This document shows, piece after piece, positions 50,701-63,570 of a stretch of DNA of 64,000 nt. The notes below the pieces were generated by a model. The model was not told the origin of the DNA, ran no database searches, and worked only from the letters and a program-made list of their open reading frames with translations. Origin of the DNA: Mobula hypostoma. Its lineage: Eukaryota. How positions within the stretch are numbered: the first letter of the stretch is position 1; every line of letters begins with the position of its first letter. The stretch lies in contig NC_086123.1 of assembly GCF_963921235.1 (NCBI RefSeq), positions 31,682,001-31,746,000 of the forward strand, in the 5' to 3' direction. The translations under genes and the position numbers were made by a program.

Positions 50701-52307
50701 GAAAGGGTGCTTCAGTTTTGATTGCAAAACCAGAAAATACAAGCTTGCTTATTGCACCACCCAGTGGTCATCCCTACACACTTCAGAAAATAGAATTTTC
50801 CTATTTGGAACTTTAGAACCAAAATGGTGAAGATAGCTAATTAATTCACTCTCATTGTACATCTTTATTAATTATGTTCATCTTCTTTTTCCAATTAACC
50901 TATTGACAAGATGACATCCTTGCTCAGACATGATCAGTAGCAGGCTAATGACTTTCACAGGAAAGCAAAATTGTTAAATATGTAAGGAACAGAGAATACA
51001 TATTTTCCTACCAATTTCTATAAACAGCCAGAAGACAACTTAAAGATGAACTCCAGAACATTTGTATTCTTGAGAAATACTGCAAGGTGATTGCTGATGG
51101 AGAAAGCCAACAATCCATCCTCACCCAAGGATCATATGGTGTCATGAATAGCAGGAAAATTAACAGCTCATTCCCACTTCGGCTTTGGGGTTTTGGGGCA
51201 TTGTGTCTAATTATAGCATCTATATTGCCAGATTAAGTATTGAATCAAGCATTTCTTCTGTTTGGTTTCTAAACTTGCAATCATTAAAGCTGAAGACGAA
51301 CTGAAAAATAGTTCAAAAAATAATAGAAGTACAACCAAAATTTGAAAAGTTATGACAATGATGTTGGAAATTTACAGTGATTGTCAATGTAATGTGGTGG
51401 TACTGAAGTACGTAAACATTCTAAACTGGTCAGGTCAAAACATCTTATCAATCTAGGTCAAAAAATGGGAACTTACTTCACTGTAGTTGCTAATAAAAAT
51501 TGACTTCTATTATGATGAGTAATCTGCCAAAAAAATTACGTGTACATCGGAATACCGTGTAATATTTAAAGTTCAAGTTCAATTGTCATTCAACCATACA
51601 TGAGTACCTACGAATACAGCCAAATGAAACAGCGTTACTCCAGGGCCAAGATACCAACAGTCACACACAACACAAGGCACATATAGCACATATAAGATAG
51701 CAAGATATCAGTAAAATATAGTCACATTAAAAAAAATCCAAGACCCTGAGTCTATTAAATGTTGCAGCAGTCTGCAATCGAACACAATACAGCTTGCTGA
51801 GTGAACACTGGGGAGCAGCACCAATTCCAGCTGGGATGCCACATCATACCACCTCCGGTGGAGTGCACCAACTCCAACGGAGGTGCTTGAAGACTAGTCC
51901 ATGCAGCTGCCCCACCATTTGCCAATCAATCAGTGAATCGGACTTGCAACATTCTACATTAACAACGTCCAACAGGGTCTTGCGATCACAAGAAAAGCAA
52001 CTAAGATGCTCTCTGGCTGTTAGACTGAACACCGCCTCCACGCACCCACTCTTCCAACGCCTCTCTGATGCGGGCAGCAGCATGATCTGCACCAAGTACA
52101 GCTCGTTCCATTTCTCCGCTAATAAACTAATGGGGTAGACCTGCAGTACTTTAAGTTTTTAATGTCCAGCAGGGTCTTGAGATTATAAACAATACATTTA
52201 AAAAAGACAATAACATCTTTGATTGACCTTGTACAAGCTGCTGCGATCATACACATCTTACTGGAAGCTACATATTAACACATTGTCAAAGAAGTAATTC
52301 TGCTCAC

Positions 52308-52401
52308 CAGTGTTGTTAGCTCATCAATGTCATCAATGGACTCTAGTTTTCCTGAAAGCTTATCCAAGGACCCTTTCTGATCTTCTTCTTGTCTGTGAGA
52401 T
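52308..52401 (-). CDS. SMTN: Smoothelin internal coding exon (94 nt; probably equivalent to human exon 4)
   Basis: Minus strand ttttcctttctgaatgttttgacag|A TCT CAC...ACA CTG|gtgagc. Translates (x)SHRQEEDQKGSLDKLSGKLESIDDIDELTTL, which matches the recalled human SMTN SQQREAEQRAALARLAGQLESMNDVEELTAL. Starts phase 2, ends phase 0. Confidence 0.93.
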
Positions 52402-52989
52402 CTGTCAAAACATTCAGAAAGGAAAATTAAAACATCAAGCTTTTGGGTCAAAGATAGCTGTTCTCAAGCAAACTCCATATTGAATTAGCAGGCATTATAC
52501 ATACACATGTAATCTTTTAAAATATTACTAGATTTCATAAAGTATTTTTAAATCTTTGTGCCCTCACTTCCTTTTGTACACATCCTCCATTTATTTTGCC
52601 TCAGATATGTTTATGTCCCATGGCTCACAAAACCAATGCTTAATCTCTGCAAGATTCAATTAATTCAATATTAATTTGTGTCTTGCCTATTTTATTATGT
52701 AAGTTGATCTCATTATCTACACCTTCAAATATCTTGATTTCTTCGTAAATATATCACAGTATGTGGCTGTGACCATTGCAATAATCCAATTTCAACATCC
52801 TGGAGATAAATATAAAATACCAGCTCATGCCACTGTTCTCCAATGGCTCTTTATTCCCCCACTTGTATTCACCTGATTATATTATTATATATGCATTCAT
52901 AAGCAGAATATCCTCTACCCTTTCTTTGCTTCTTGCTACTTTCAGTGTAATCGAAAAATCTTTCACTGAACACACCAATTTCTCATTAA

Positions 52990-53375
52990 CAACCTGCTCT
53001 ACCATCACCTCTGTCTGGTACCCTTCCTCCTTCACTTTCTCCCATGGTTCACTATCTTCTTCTATCATCAGATTTTTTCTTCTTCTTCTTCAGCTCTTTA
53101 CCTCTTTTAGTTATTACCTCCCAGTTTCTCACTTCAAATCCCTCACCCACCCACCCACCATCCCCTTTATCTGGTTTCACCTACCTTGTACTCCTTCCCC
53201 TCCCTCCACCTTCTTTTTCCAGTTTCTCCCCCCTTCCTTTCCAGTCCTAATGAAGGGTCTCAGTCTACATGTCAACTGTTTATTCCTCTTCACATATGCT
53301 GCCTGACTTGCTGAGTTCCTCCAGCATTTTGTGTGTGCTGCTCTGGATTTCTAGTAGCTCCAGAATCTTCTATGC
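52990..53375 (+). mobile_element. Penelope pLTR-derived element (decayed hammerhead)
   Basis: ccagtcctaatgaagggtctcag...gctgcctgacttgctgagttcctccagcattttg. Confidence 0.72.
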
Positions 53376-54699
53376 TATGACCCACTCTTCCATGATGTCA
53401 ACCAAATCTTCTGTCAAATCTGACAGAGAGCTAAGCTTTTGACCACGTACCTTCACCACCAAAATCACTCTGTTGTGCTCTCACTATAGTTTATCTGCTG
53501 CTGAAACCTTTCTTTGTTTTCAATAGACTTGACTATTCTATTCTCTTAGATTACCCTAATGTTATACTTTCTCTGTACAGGAGTTTATGAAAGGTCTGCT
53601 ATCTATATGCATGGTGCCCATTTACTACAGAGGCCATTTACCCAAATTGTCTCCTAGTCCAGCAATGCCTCAACTTTAAAACTTTCAGTTATCTACATAA
53701 CCTTCTCCAGCCCATGTTGCAGAGCACCTTGCATTTGTCAACCACTTGCTCATCTCCATTTATAAGCACTCTACCATTGCTGGAAGTACATCAGATTACA
53801 ATATGCTAACTTGTTAGGTTACCCCCTAATTGTCTTTTAAAATAAAAACATAGGAACATTAGAAAATAGGAGCTGAAGTAGGCTATTTGGTAGCATATGC
53901 TTTTTTCACCATTCAACAAGACCACAAATTTTCCTGCCCAGTCCCCATATGCCTTGATTCCTTCAATGTCTGAAATACTCAAATGTAGAACCCTTATGGA
54001 TAGAGGTGAGAGTTTATGATGGAAGATAAAAAAATGTTTAAAAATTATGTCCATCATCACAGGGGAAGAAAGAAACTTTCCAGAAATGTAAATTTAAAAA
54101 ATGCAAATTACAAGGACCTGATGATCTGAAATAGCTTGCTAGAGGTAATGTATGTTTCAGAAGTTCTATACATTCTAGAGTTGTTCCTGTGAATTGGTGT
54201 GTATTCCTACATGATAGCACTCGAAAAGGAGGAAGAAAGCTATATAAGGGAATTTACTGGCTTGTTAACCTGACATCAAAAATTGGGAAAATTGCTAGAA
54301 TCTAAATTAAGGGATCTGAAAAAAATTGTGAGATATTAATGATTTAAACAAAGGGGAAGGGTTGATGCTTTGCTGCTGCTTGTGCATAGGAGGAGGAGAA
54401 GAGGGCTTTGGGGTTCCAACATTTTTACTCACTCATTCTTTGGGTTATTCTTCTGTTTTTATGTACGTCTGCACAGAGCAAGAATTTCAGGTTGTATATT
54501 GTGTACATTCTCAGATTAAATGGAAGAATTGATTTATGAAAAAGAAATCATATTCATCTAATTTACTGAGAAGGCATCTACTAAAGAAGATAAATACAGA
54601 CCAGCAAATATGGTGTATTTGGATTTTCAGAGCACTACTAACAAGGATTCACAAAGGAGATTGGTCAATAAGGTTAGAGTTAGGGTAGTATAAAAACAT

Positions 54700-55075
54700 A
54701 GGTGGTGGGGTGGAGATACGTCTCTACCAAAGGAGGTGTTAGGTGCTCCTTGCCTCCACGAACCTGCAGGACTCCCTTGGGCAAGGTATAGCATCTGCTT
54801 AGCCCACCCAATCAGATCATGTGAAGCCATGGGAACAGGCGGTGGATGGTCGTATGAGCAGCTGGTGCACATCACAAGTCCTGGTTATGCAATCACTGAC
54901 ACCAGGCAGATAATCTCTGAAGAGTATTGATAATGTTGGGGCCACTCATTGTGTAAAGACATTGTCCAGAAGGCAATGGCAAACCACTTCTGTAGAAAAA
55001 TTTGCCAAGAACAATCGTGGTATAGAAAGACCATGGTTACGCACGTCATACGACACGGCACATAATGAATGAATA
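54700..55075 (+). mobile_element. RTE/BovB-related SINE-like element
   Basis: Contains gaaggcaatggcaaaccacttc..tttgccaaga (RTE/BovB-like motif) and ends with (gaat)n. Confidence 0.6.
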
Positions 55076-55599
55076 AGATGCCTTAATACGTTTTCCTACT
55101 ACACAAGTATAATCTGCTGTTTATCTCTAATTATCATTCCTCTGCATTTCCATCTGGAGTTATATCTCCATTTGTATTCAAGTCAGTCCTCAGTCTAATG
55201 TCAAAAAAACTAAAATATTTTCTGAAACAATTGAAATAGAAATTTTATTTTGAAAACCGGAGTACTTAAGTTTATCTAGTGGGAGAGCAACTACTATAAA
55301 GGCCTGAACTACCAAGAAAAGTAAAAGGCTTGGAAATTGGAGCAACCGGCAACTGAAAGTAGGGTGAGATTGCAAAGTAGAAGATCAAATTTAACTTTTT
55401 TTCCTGCTATTATCAGATTCATTACAGCATTAGAATTGTGTTGTTTAAACATACTATTGATTGAAGTGTGCAATTCTGTTTTGAAGGCCATCTGTTTTAG
55501 ACAGTGGGACCCTATTAATAACAGAAATTAGGATCCTATCCATGTCATGGTTAGCATTAAATTTAACTGCAGCATGAATAATTCACATTTTCATCATTG

Positions 55600-56050
55600 G
55601 CATTGGTTTATTATTGTCACATGCACCAAAATACAGTGAAAAGTTTTTCTTTCATACTGTTCATACAGATGAAATCATTACACAGTGCATTGATTTAGGA
55701 TAAAGTAAAATAATAACAATGCAGAATAAAGTGGAAAAGCTACCCCAAAAAGCTACAGTACAGGTAAACAATAAGATACAAGATCATAACAGGGTACACA
55801 GTGAGGCCAAAAGTCCATCTTATTGCACAAGAGGTCCTTTCAAGTGTCTGATGACAGTGGGATAGAAGCTGTTGTTAGGCCTGGTTGTATGAGCTTTCAG
55901 GCTTTTGTATCTTCCATCCGATGGGAAAGGGGAGAAGATGGAACATTTGAAGCAGGTGGGGTCTTTGATTATGCTGGTTGCTTTGCTGAGGCAGTAGGAA
56001 GTGTAGACAGAGTCCATACAGGGAGACTGGTTCTTGTGATGTGCTGAATT
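55600..56050 (-). mobile_element. Rex1/Babar 3' fragment
   Basis: CLSKATSIIKDPT..GRYKSLKAHTTR..SFYPTVIR C-terminal motif. Confidence 0.8.
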
Positions 56051-56879
56051 AGTACACAGATGATGCAACTGAAGAGTGGAGTACTTTTGTTGATCCTGGA
56101 GTGGTAAAAAAATCACCTCAGGATCCTCAGAAATAATCTGCACCTCTTCTACTTGTGGGATTTTAACTTTCTATGTCTCCTTATTTAAGACCCATGATCT
56201 TCTACCTCAGAGCCATTTAACAAAACTTCCCTAACAGTCCACAATTCCCTTAATATACTGAAATCTATCTATCATTGTTTTTATTGAATTCAATGATAGG
56301 GCCTCAATAGCCCTTGAGTAGAAAATTCCACATATCAAGTGAAGGATACTGAAGTCCTTTTGAACATCACCACTACCCAACCTCTCACCATTCAATAATA
56401 CTTTCCTGCTTTCTCACCTCACATTTTTCTAGACTATATTGCATTTGCCATACTCTCAGCTATTCAGTTAGCTTCATTACAGTCACTTTGTTTTTAATAA
56501 TCACACTCATCTTAGTATCACCAGAAAACTTGGAAATATGATATATGGTTCTCTCAGCCAAATCATTGACAGAGATTGTAAAAGTTAGGTCCTGTTGAAT
56601 CTGATGATATTGCTCCAGAGGTTCTTCAGAATTCATAACTGAGGTATTAAACTTGGTAATTATGGTCATTTTATTAAGCATTTCAAGAACAAAGAAAACA
56701 AAGAAAAAGAAATTGTGTTTGTCTCATACTCAGACTAGAATTAACAACATTGCAGTGATAACAATTAATCTGCATTACAGCCAGATTCAAGTGGTGAGAT
56801 ACCTCTTACAGAGAAACTGAAAAGCTTCTGGAAAGTACAGAAGCAGTTATACTACAATTACTGAACAATTATACACATA

Positions 56880-58025
56880 TAGAATCAGAATCAGATTTAT
56901 TATCACCAGCATATGTTGTGAAATGTGTTGTTTGCAGCAGCAGAACATTGCAATAAACACTATACAGTATATCACAATAAGCACATATAAAAATAAACTA
57001 AACTAATACAAAAGGGAAAAAATACTGAGGAAGTGTTCATGGGTTCATTATCCATTAAGAAAGCTGATATCGGAAGAGAAGAAACTGCTCTAGAAATGTT
57101 GAGTGTGTGCCTTCAGGCTCCTGGACCTCCTCCCAGCTGGTAGCAATGAGAAGAGGGCATGTCCTGGGTGATGAGGGTCCTTAATGACGGATGCTGCCTT
57201 TTGAAGGTGTCTTGTATACTAAGGGGGCTTGTGCCCCTGATGGAGGTGACTGAGTTTACAATTTTCTGCAGCTTATTCCAATCCTGTGTAGTAGCCCCTC
57301 CATACCAGATGGTGATGCAACCAGTTAGAATGTTCTCCACGGTACACCTGTAGAAATTTTCAAGTGTCTTTGGTGACCTAACAATTTTCATCAAACTCCT
57401 AATGAAATAAGGCTGCTGTCACACCTTATTTGTAATTGCATCGATATGTTGGGCCCAGGATAGATCCTGAGAGATGTTGACACCCAGGAACTTGAAACTG
57501 CTCACCCTCTCCACTTCTGATCCCTCAGTGAGGACTGCTGTGTCCTACTCTTGCTTAAATCCATAATCAATTCTTTGGTCTTACTGACGTTGAGTGCGAG
57601 ATTGTTACCACAACACTACTCAGCCAATTGATTTGTCTTGCTCCTGCATGCCTCTTCGTCACCACCTGAAGTTCTGCCAACAATAGAGTAGATGGCATAT
57701 GAGCTGTGCCTAGCCACACAGGAGTGAGTGTAAAAAGAGTAGAGCTGTGGGCTAAGCACACATTCTTGAGGTGCACTAGTGTTGACTGTCAGTGAGGAGG
57801 AGATGTTATTTCCAATCTTCATAGACTGTGGTCTCCCAGTGAGGAAGTCGAGGATCCAGTTGAGGGGAAGGTCTAGAGGCCCAGGTTTCAGAACTTTTTG
57901 ATTAGAACTAAGGGTATGATTGAGTTGAACACTGAGCTGTAGTCAATAAACAGTAGCCTGAGATAGGTATTACTATTGTCTGGGAGATCCAAGGCCAAGT
58001 GGAGAGCCAGTGAGATTGTATCAAC
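56880..58025 (-). mobile_element. Rex1/Babar 3' half
   Basis: [17 protein letters not shown] and FYRCTVENILTGCITIWYG, with a (gattct)n tail at 56881-56895. Confidence 0.88.
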
Positions 58026-58089
58026 TGAATCATTTTATTCTCACTCTTTGCTATGTCCAATAATCAAATCTCAGATCACATTAGAATAT

Positions 58090-58319
58090 CAGACATCCCA
58101 CCTCTCCCGGAACTTCCGGGAGTCTCCCACATATTAATAGTGGTTCCCTGATGCCGGCAAATTATATACAATATCAGGGAAATCAATTTTTTTGAGAGCG
58201 TGCAAGAGAGAGCGCGAGAGCGACCACGAGAGAGAACGCGCGCGAGAGCGAGAGAGAAAGCGAGCGAGAGAAGGAGAGTGAGCGAGAGCGCAAGCCAGCG
58301 AGAGCGCGCGAGCGACCAC

Positions 58320-58350
<31 letters not shown>

Positions 58351-58716
58351 CGCGCGCGAGTGAGAGCACGCCATGGCAGAGTGTTCCAAAAAACAAAAAT
58401 ATAAAACATACGTCACCCCAGACTACACTAAAGTGTACCCCTGCCTAGTAGGGGTCAAAAATAATGACAGTGTTGCTCGCTGCACTGTTTGCAACAGTGA
58501 CTTTTCTGTTGCCCATGGTGGGTTAAGACTGTAAAAGACGTGTTGAGGTGAGTTTAACAGGTGTCATTCGTTCATTAGCATAGCTAACGTTATTTACACT
58601 AGCTGGCTAGCTGCTAAGGAGCTACTGTATTGCAGACATCCCACCTCTCCCGGAAGTCTCCTGCAAATTGATGGTGCTACCTCCCTGAAATGAGTTTTTG
58701 CAGGGTGGGATGTCCG
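58090..58716 (+). mobile_element. Second copy of the BED-finger hAT-like non-autonomous element (opposite orientation)
   Basis: TIR cagacatcccacc / ggtgggatgtccg. ATG at 58373 gives MAECSKKQKYK..YPCLVGVKNNDSVARCTVCNSDFSVAHGG, with donor gtgagt at 58548. (GA/GC)n tract at 58195-58365. Confidence 0.85.
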
Positions 58717-59547
58717 ATATATTAGCCCTAACTTTATGATCAAACCTTGCTAACTAACTTTCTGGGTGGAATGCAAAAGCCAAAAATTCAAATGTACCAC
58801 ATCCACTGGATGACGCTTACCTATTAGCAGCATCAAAATTCCAGTGAATTACTCAAAGACCCCAAACTGCTCTTGCATACATGTTTAGAAACCACCAACT
58901 CAGACTCAAGGCTTTCTTTGTTACAAAAAAAAAATACAAGGCTTTCACCAGCATTTTTGAATGGCTTTCTGGGCTAAAGGCTGCAAGGGTACGCAAGATA
59001 GGCTAGAATACAATGAACTAGCTTTGGAAATTAACAGGTTTATTCAGTTATACTTTAATCTACATTTTCCCATTCTCTTGCTTTTCAAACCAGCGCAAGA
59101 GTTCATGAATTGACTAAATAGTATCTTTTCCTAAGCACAAATGTTTATAATTTCCGTTACTTTTAAGCTTTCTGGCAAACTGCTTTTGTGGCATTGAAAT
59201 AATTGATCCATGTTTGCCAAGATTTCAGATTTGAACAAGCATACAGATTTAAAATAACAAGGATTAAAATGTTCCTAATTTTTGGCCTTCTAGAAGCATC
59301 ATGTAATTATTTTGACAGAAAACGTTAACTTTTAATATCTGGACAAAATTGAGATAAATGGGCATTTTGACTCCTGAGTACATACCAGATAATCAAAGTA
59401 CATTTATCACCAAAGAATGTATGAATTCTTTGGTAATAAGCAAACACCTTGAGATTTGTTTGCTTACAGGCAGTCACAAAGCAAGACACCCAAAGCACTC
59501 AATTTAAAAAAAATCATAACAGAAAAAGAGGAAAATAAAACCTATCA

Positions 59548-62500
59548 CAGAGACAGAAAACCTACAGCACAATACAGGCCCTTCGGCCCACATTGCTGTG
59601 CCGAACATGTACTTACTTTAGAAATTACCTGGGGTTACCCATAGCCCTCTATTTTTCCAAGCTCCATATACTTATCCACGAGTCTCTTAAAAGACATTAT
59701 CATATCTGCCTCACCACTGTCGCTGGAAGCCCATCCACACACTCACCACTCTCTGCGTAAAAAACTTACCCTGACATCTCCTCTGTACTTACTTCCAAGC
59801 ACCCTAAAACTGTGCCCTCTCGTGTTAGCCATTTCAGCCCTGGTAAAAAGTCTCTGACTATCCATACGATCAATACCTCTCATCATCTTATACACCTCTA
59901 TCAGGTCACCTCTCATCCTCCGTCGCTCCAAGCAGAAAAGGCAGAGTTCATTCAACCTATTCTCATAAGGCATGCTCCTCAATCCAGGCAACATCCTTGT
60001 AAATCTCCTCTGCACCCTTCTATAGTTTCGACATCCTTCCTATAGTGAGGTGACCAGAGCTGAGCACAGTATTCCAAGTGGGGTCTAACCAGGGTCCTAT
60101 ATAGCTATAACATTACCCCTAGGCTCTTAAACACAATCCCATGGTTGATGAAGGCCAATGCACCATAAGCCTTTTTTTTTGTAATTTTTTTTTTATTGAA
60201 TTTCATCATCAAACAAACATTTTCATAAGATGCATTTCAGATACTGTACATATATCATATAATCATATTTGTCACAAATCTCCACGTAATATTTATCTGA
60301 GGTATACATTTATAGAAAGGAAAGGAAAGAAAGAACAATCGAAAGAAGAAAACTATGTACAGAGCAGGGAGTGATCTTTTTAATATTCTACTACTGTTGT
60401 CTGAATTATATGCTTTTCTAAACAGCTCTATCAGACATGTACTTGCCTTGGTTACATTTTTAACCATCCTGTTAACATACTGTCGCATCTGTAAATACCG
60501 GTAACAGTCTTGTTTTTCTAATTAGTGTTTCTCTTTGAGCATTTCAAAATTGAACAGTGTTCCTTCTTTCATTATATTGCAAATAGCTGTTATTCCTTTA
60601 GCTGTCCAATCCTTAAATCTAGCATCCAGTTTATTCAGCGTAAAATCCGAGTCATATGCACACCATTTAAGAATTGGAATGTCTCTCTCTAGTTTATATT
60701 CTTTTATAATAGTTTTCCATATTTTAAGAGTCCATTTCACCCACAGGTTGTCAATATTATTTATGTAATTTTGTAGGTTGTTATCAGCCAAATTTGCCTG
60801 TATGGGGATGGAAAGTATCCTGTCCTCAATGTTTTTTCATTGAGCGTCATATGATTGGTTGCACCAGCATATCACGGCTCTCAACTGTGCTGCAAAATAA
60901 TAATCTCTAAGAGAAGGTAGGCCATCCCCCGCTTTCCTTGGCTAATTGCAAAGTTTTGAGATGAACCCTAAGTCTTCTACCTTGCCATATATATCTTGAT
61001 AGCATCTTGTTCCATTCATTGAATTGATTTTGGTTCATCTCTATTGGTAGGGTCTGAAAAAGATATAGTAGTCTGGGCAGTATATTCATTTTAATAGATT
61101 CAATCCTTCAACTGAGACCAAGAAAAGGAATTAGGTTCCATCTTGTTATTTCTTCCTTAATTTATTTTTATACATATAGGCTGATAATTGCATTCTGATA
61201 ATTTTGCCAAATCGTTTGGCATAATGATGCCCAAATATTTGACGGACTCTGTTTGCCATGCCCAAGGATATCTACTTTCAATTTCTCTTGGTGGGCTATA
61301 GTTTCAGGAAAGTGGCTGGGTTTTATCTATGTTGATCTTGTATCCTGATAATTGGCCACATTGTTCAAAGGATTGCATCAATTTAGGTAAAGAGTATGTT
61401 GGTTGCCCTAGATAGATCAAAATGTCATCCACTTAACAGGCCAATTTATGCTCTGTCCCTTTAATAGTAATTCCCCTGATATCTTCATTTTGTCTGATGT
61501 ATTGAGCTAATGGTTCCAGATACAATGCGAAGAGTTGCGGTGACCATGCACAACCCTGTCTCGTGCCCCTTTCTAGGGTAAAACTATTAGCTAAATATCC
61601 ATTGATTTTAATCCTGGCAGTAGGATTGTCATATAGTGCCTGTATAGTTTTAATAATTGTGTCATGTAGACCAAATCTATGTAAACCTCTGTAAAGAAAA
61701 TTCCAATTAACCGAATCAAATGCCTTTTCAGAGTCCACGCTTATCACTATTGCTTCAATTTCATTTTTTTTCCATATGAACCATAATGTGAAGTGTTCTT
61801 TGTATATTGTCCTGTGTTTGGCATTGTTGTATAAAACCTGTCTGATCATTATGTATCAGTATGGGTAGAAACTCTTCTAATCGTTTGGCCATGATGGAGA
61901 TAAATATCTATAATCCACATTAAGAACAGATATTGGTCTAAATGACACAAATTCCATTTTATCCTTGCCTTCTTTTGGTATAGCTGAGATTATCACCTCC
62001 TTCCAGTTGGGTGGCATTTGCGCCTTTCTTAGGGCCCAGTTCAGTGTGGGGAGTAAAACGGGAATTAACTCACTTCTAAACTCTTCATACCACTCTGCCG
62101 TATATCAATCTGATCCTGGTGACTTGCTTAATTTAAACCTACTAATTGCAGTTTTTAGTTCAGCTTCAGTTATGTCAGCAGTCATCGTTCTATTTTGTTC
62201 TTTGTTTAAAGTGGGTAACTCTAAAGAATTCAGGAAAGTGTCAATTTGGGTTATGCTTCCCCCTGGAACTTTGGAATATAGTGTTTTGTAAAAACATTTC
62301 AAAAGCTTCTTGAATTTCACTTAGCTTATTTTTTTAAAATCACTTTTGTTCTTGGATCCCTAATTCTATGAATTGTATTTTCTGCCATAAGCCTTCATAA
62401 CCACAGAGTCAACCTGCGCAGCAGCTTTGAGTGTCCTATGGACTCGGACCCCAAGATCCCTCTGATCCTCCACACTGCCAAGAGTCCTACCATTAATACT

Positions 62501-62698
62501 GTATTCTGCCATCATATTTGACCTACCAAAATGAACCACCTCACACTTACCTGGGTTGAACTCCATCTGCCACTTCTCAGCCCAGTTTTGCATCATAACG
62601 ATGTCCCGCTGTAACCAATGACAGCCCTCCGCACTATCCACAACACCTCCAACCTTTGTGTTATCAGCAAATTTACTAACCCATCCCTCCACTTCCTC
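59548..62698 (-). mobile_element. CR1 3' part (FADD to tail) split by an L1
   Basis: ORFs 62366-62713 and 59743-60015. Joins across the L1 as VDSVVMKAYGALAFINHG. Confidence 0.9.
60174..62384 (-). mobile_element. 5'-truncated L1 nested in CR1, 11-bp TSD
   Basis: TSD ccataagcctt at 60163-60173 and 62385-62395. RT motifs DSEKAFDSVNW and RGTRQGC. Deletion of the C-terminal region at about 60380. Confidence 0.92.
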
Positions 62699-62699
62699 A

Positions 62700-62900
62700 C
62701 TATGGCACACCACTAGTCACAGGTGTCCAGTCAGAGAGACAATAATCTACAACCACTCTGACTTCTTCCTCGGAACCAATGCCTAATCCAATTTACTACT
62801 TCATCTTAATTGAACCTTCTTTACCAACCTCCCTTGTGGGACTTCGTCAAAGGCCTTGCTAAAGTCAATATAGACTACATCCACTGCCTTGCCTTCATCA
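62700..62900 (-). mobile_element. Short fragment of a more diverged CR1 RT
   Basis: Reverse complement encodes DEGKAVDVVYIDFSKAFDEVP. Resembles 42920-43120. Confidence 0.7.
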
Positions 62901-62904
62901 AATT

Positions 62905-63570
62905 TACCCCAGGCTACTGTGGGAGGTGAAGGAGCAGATTGCTGAGCCTCTGGCAATGATCTTTACATCATCAATGGGGACAGGAGAGGTTCCGGAGGAT
63001 TGGAGTGTTGCAGATGTTTTTCCCTTATTCCCTTAATCATTAGAGATAGCCCAGGAAATTATAGACAGTGAGTCTTACATCAGTGGTTGGTAAGTTGATG
63101 GAGAAGATCCTGAGAGGCAGGATTTATGAACATCTGGAGAAGCATAATATGATTAGGAATAGTCAGCATGGCTCTGTCAAAGGCAGGCCGGCCTTATGAG
63201 CCCGATTGAATTTTTCTGAGGATGTGACTAAACACGTCGATGAAGGAAGAGCAGTAGATGTAGTGTATATGGATTTCAGCAAGGCATTTGATAAGGTACC
63301 CCATGCAAGGCTTATTGAGAAAGTAAGGAGGCATGGGATCCAAGGGGACCTTGCTTTGGGGATCCAGAATTGGCTTGCCCACAGAAGGCAAAGAGTGGTT
63401 GTAGACAGGTCAGATTCTGCACGGAGGCTGGTGACCAGTGGTGTGCCTCAGATACCTGTTCTGGGACCCCTTTCCTTCGTGATTTTTATAAATGACCTGG
63501 ATGAGGAAGTGGAGGGATGGGTTAGTAAATTTGCTGATGACACAAAGGTTGGGGGTGTTGTAGATAGTGT
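62905..63570 (+). mobile_element. CR1 RT fragment, inverted relative to the adjacent CR1
   Basis: ORF 63206-63589: VDVVYMDFSKAFDKVPH..VTSGVPQ..FINDLDE..KFADDTKVGG. Confidence 0.92.

Noticed and set aside
58076-58448. Overlapping Arg/Glu- and Leu/Ser-rich ORFs
   Set aside because: Artefacts of the (GA/GC)n tract within the hAT-like element.
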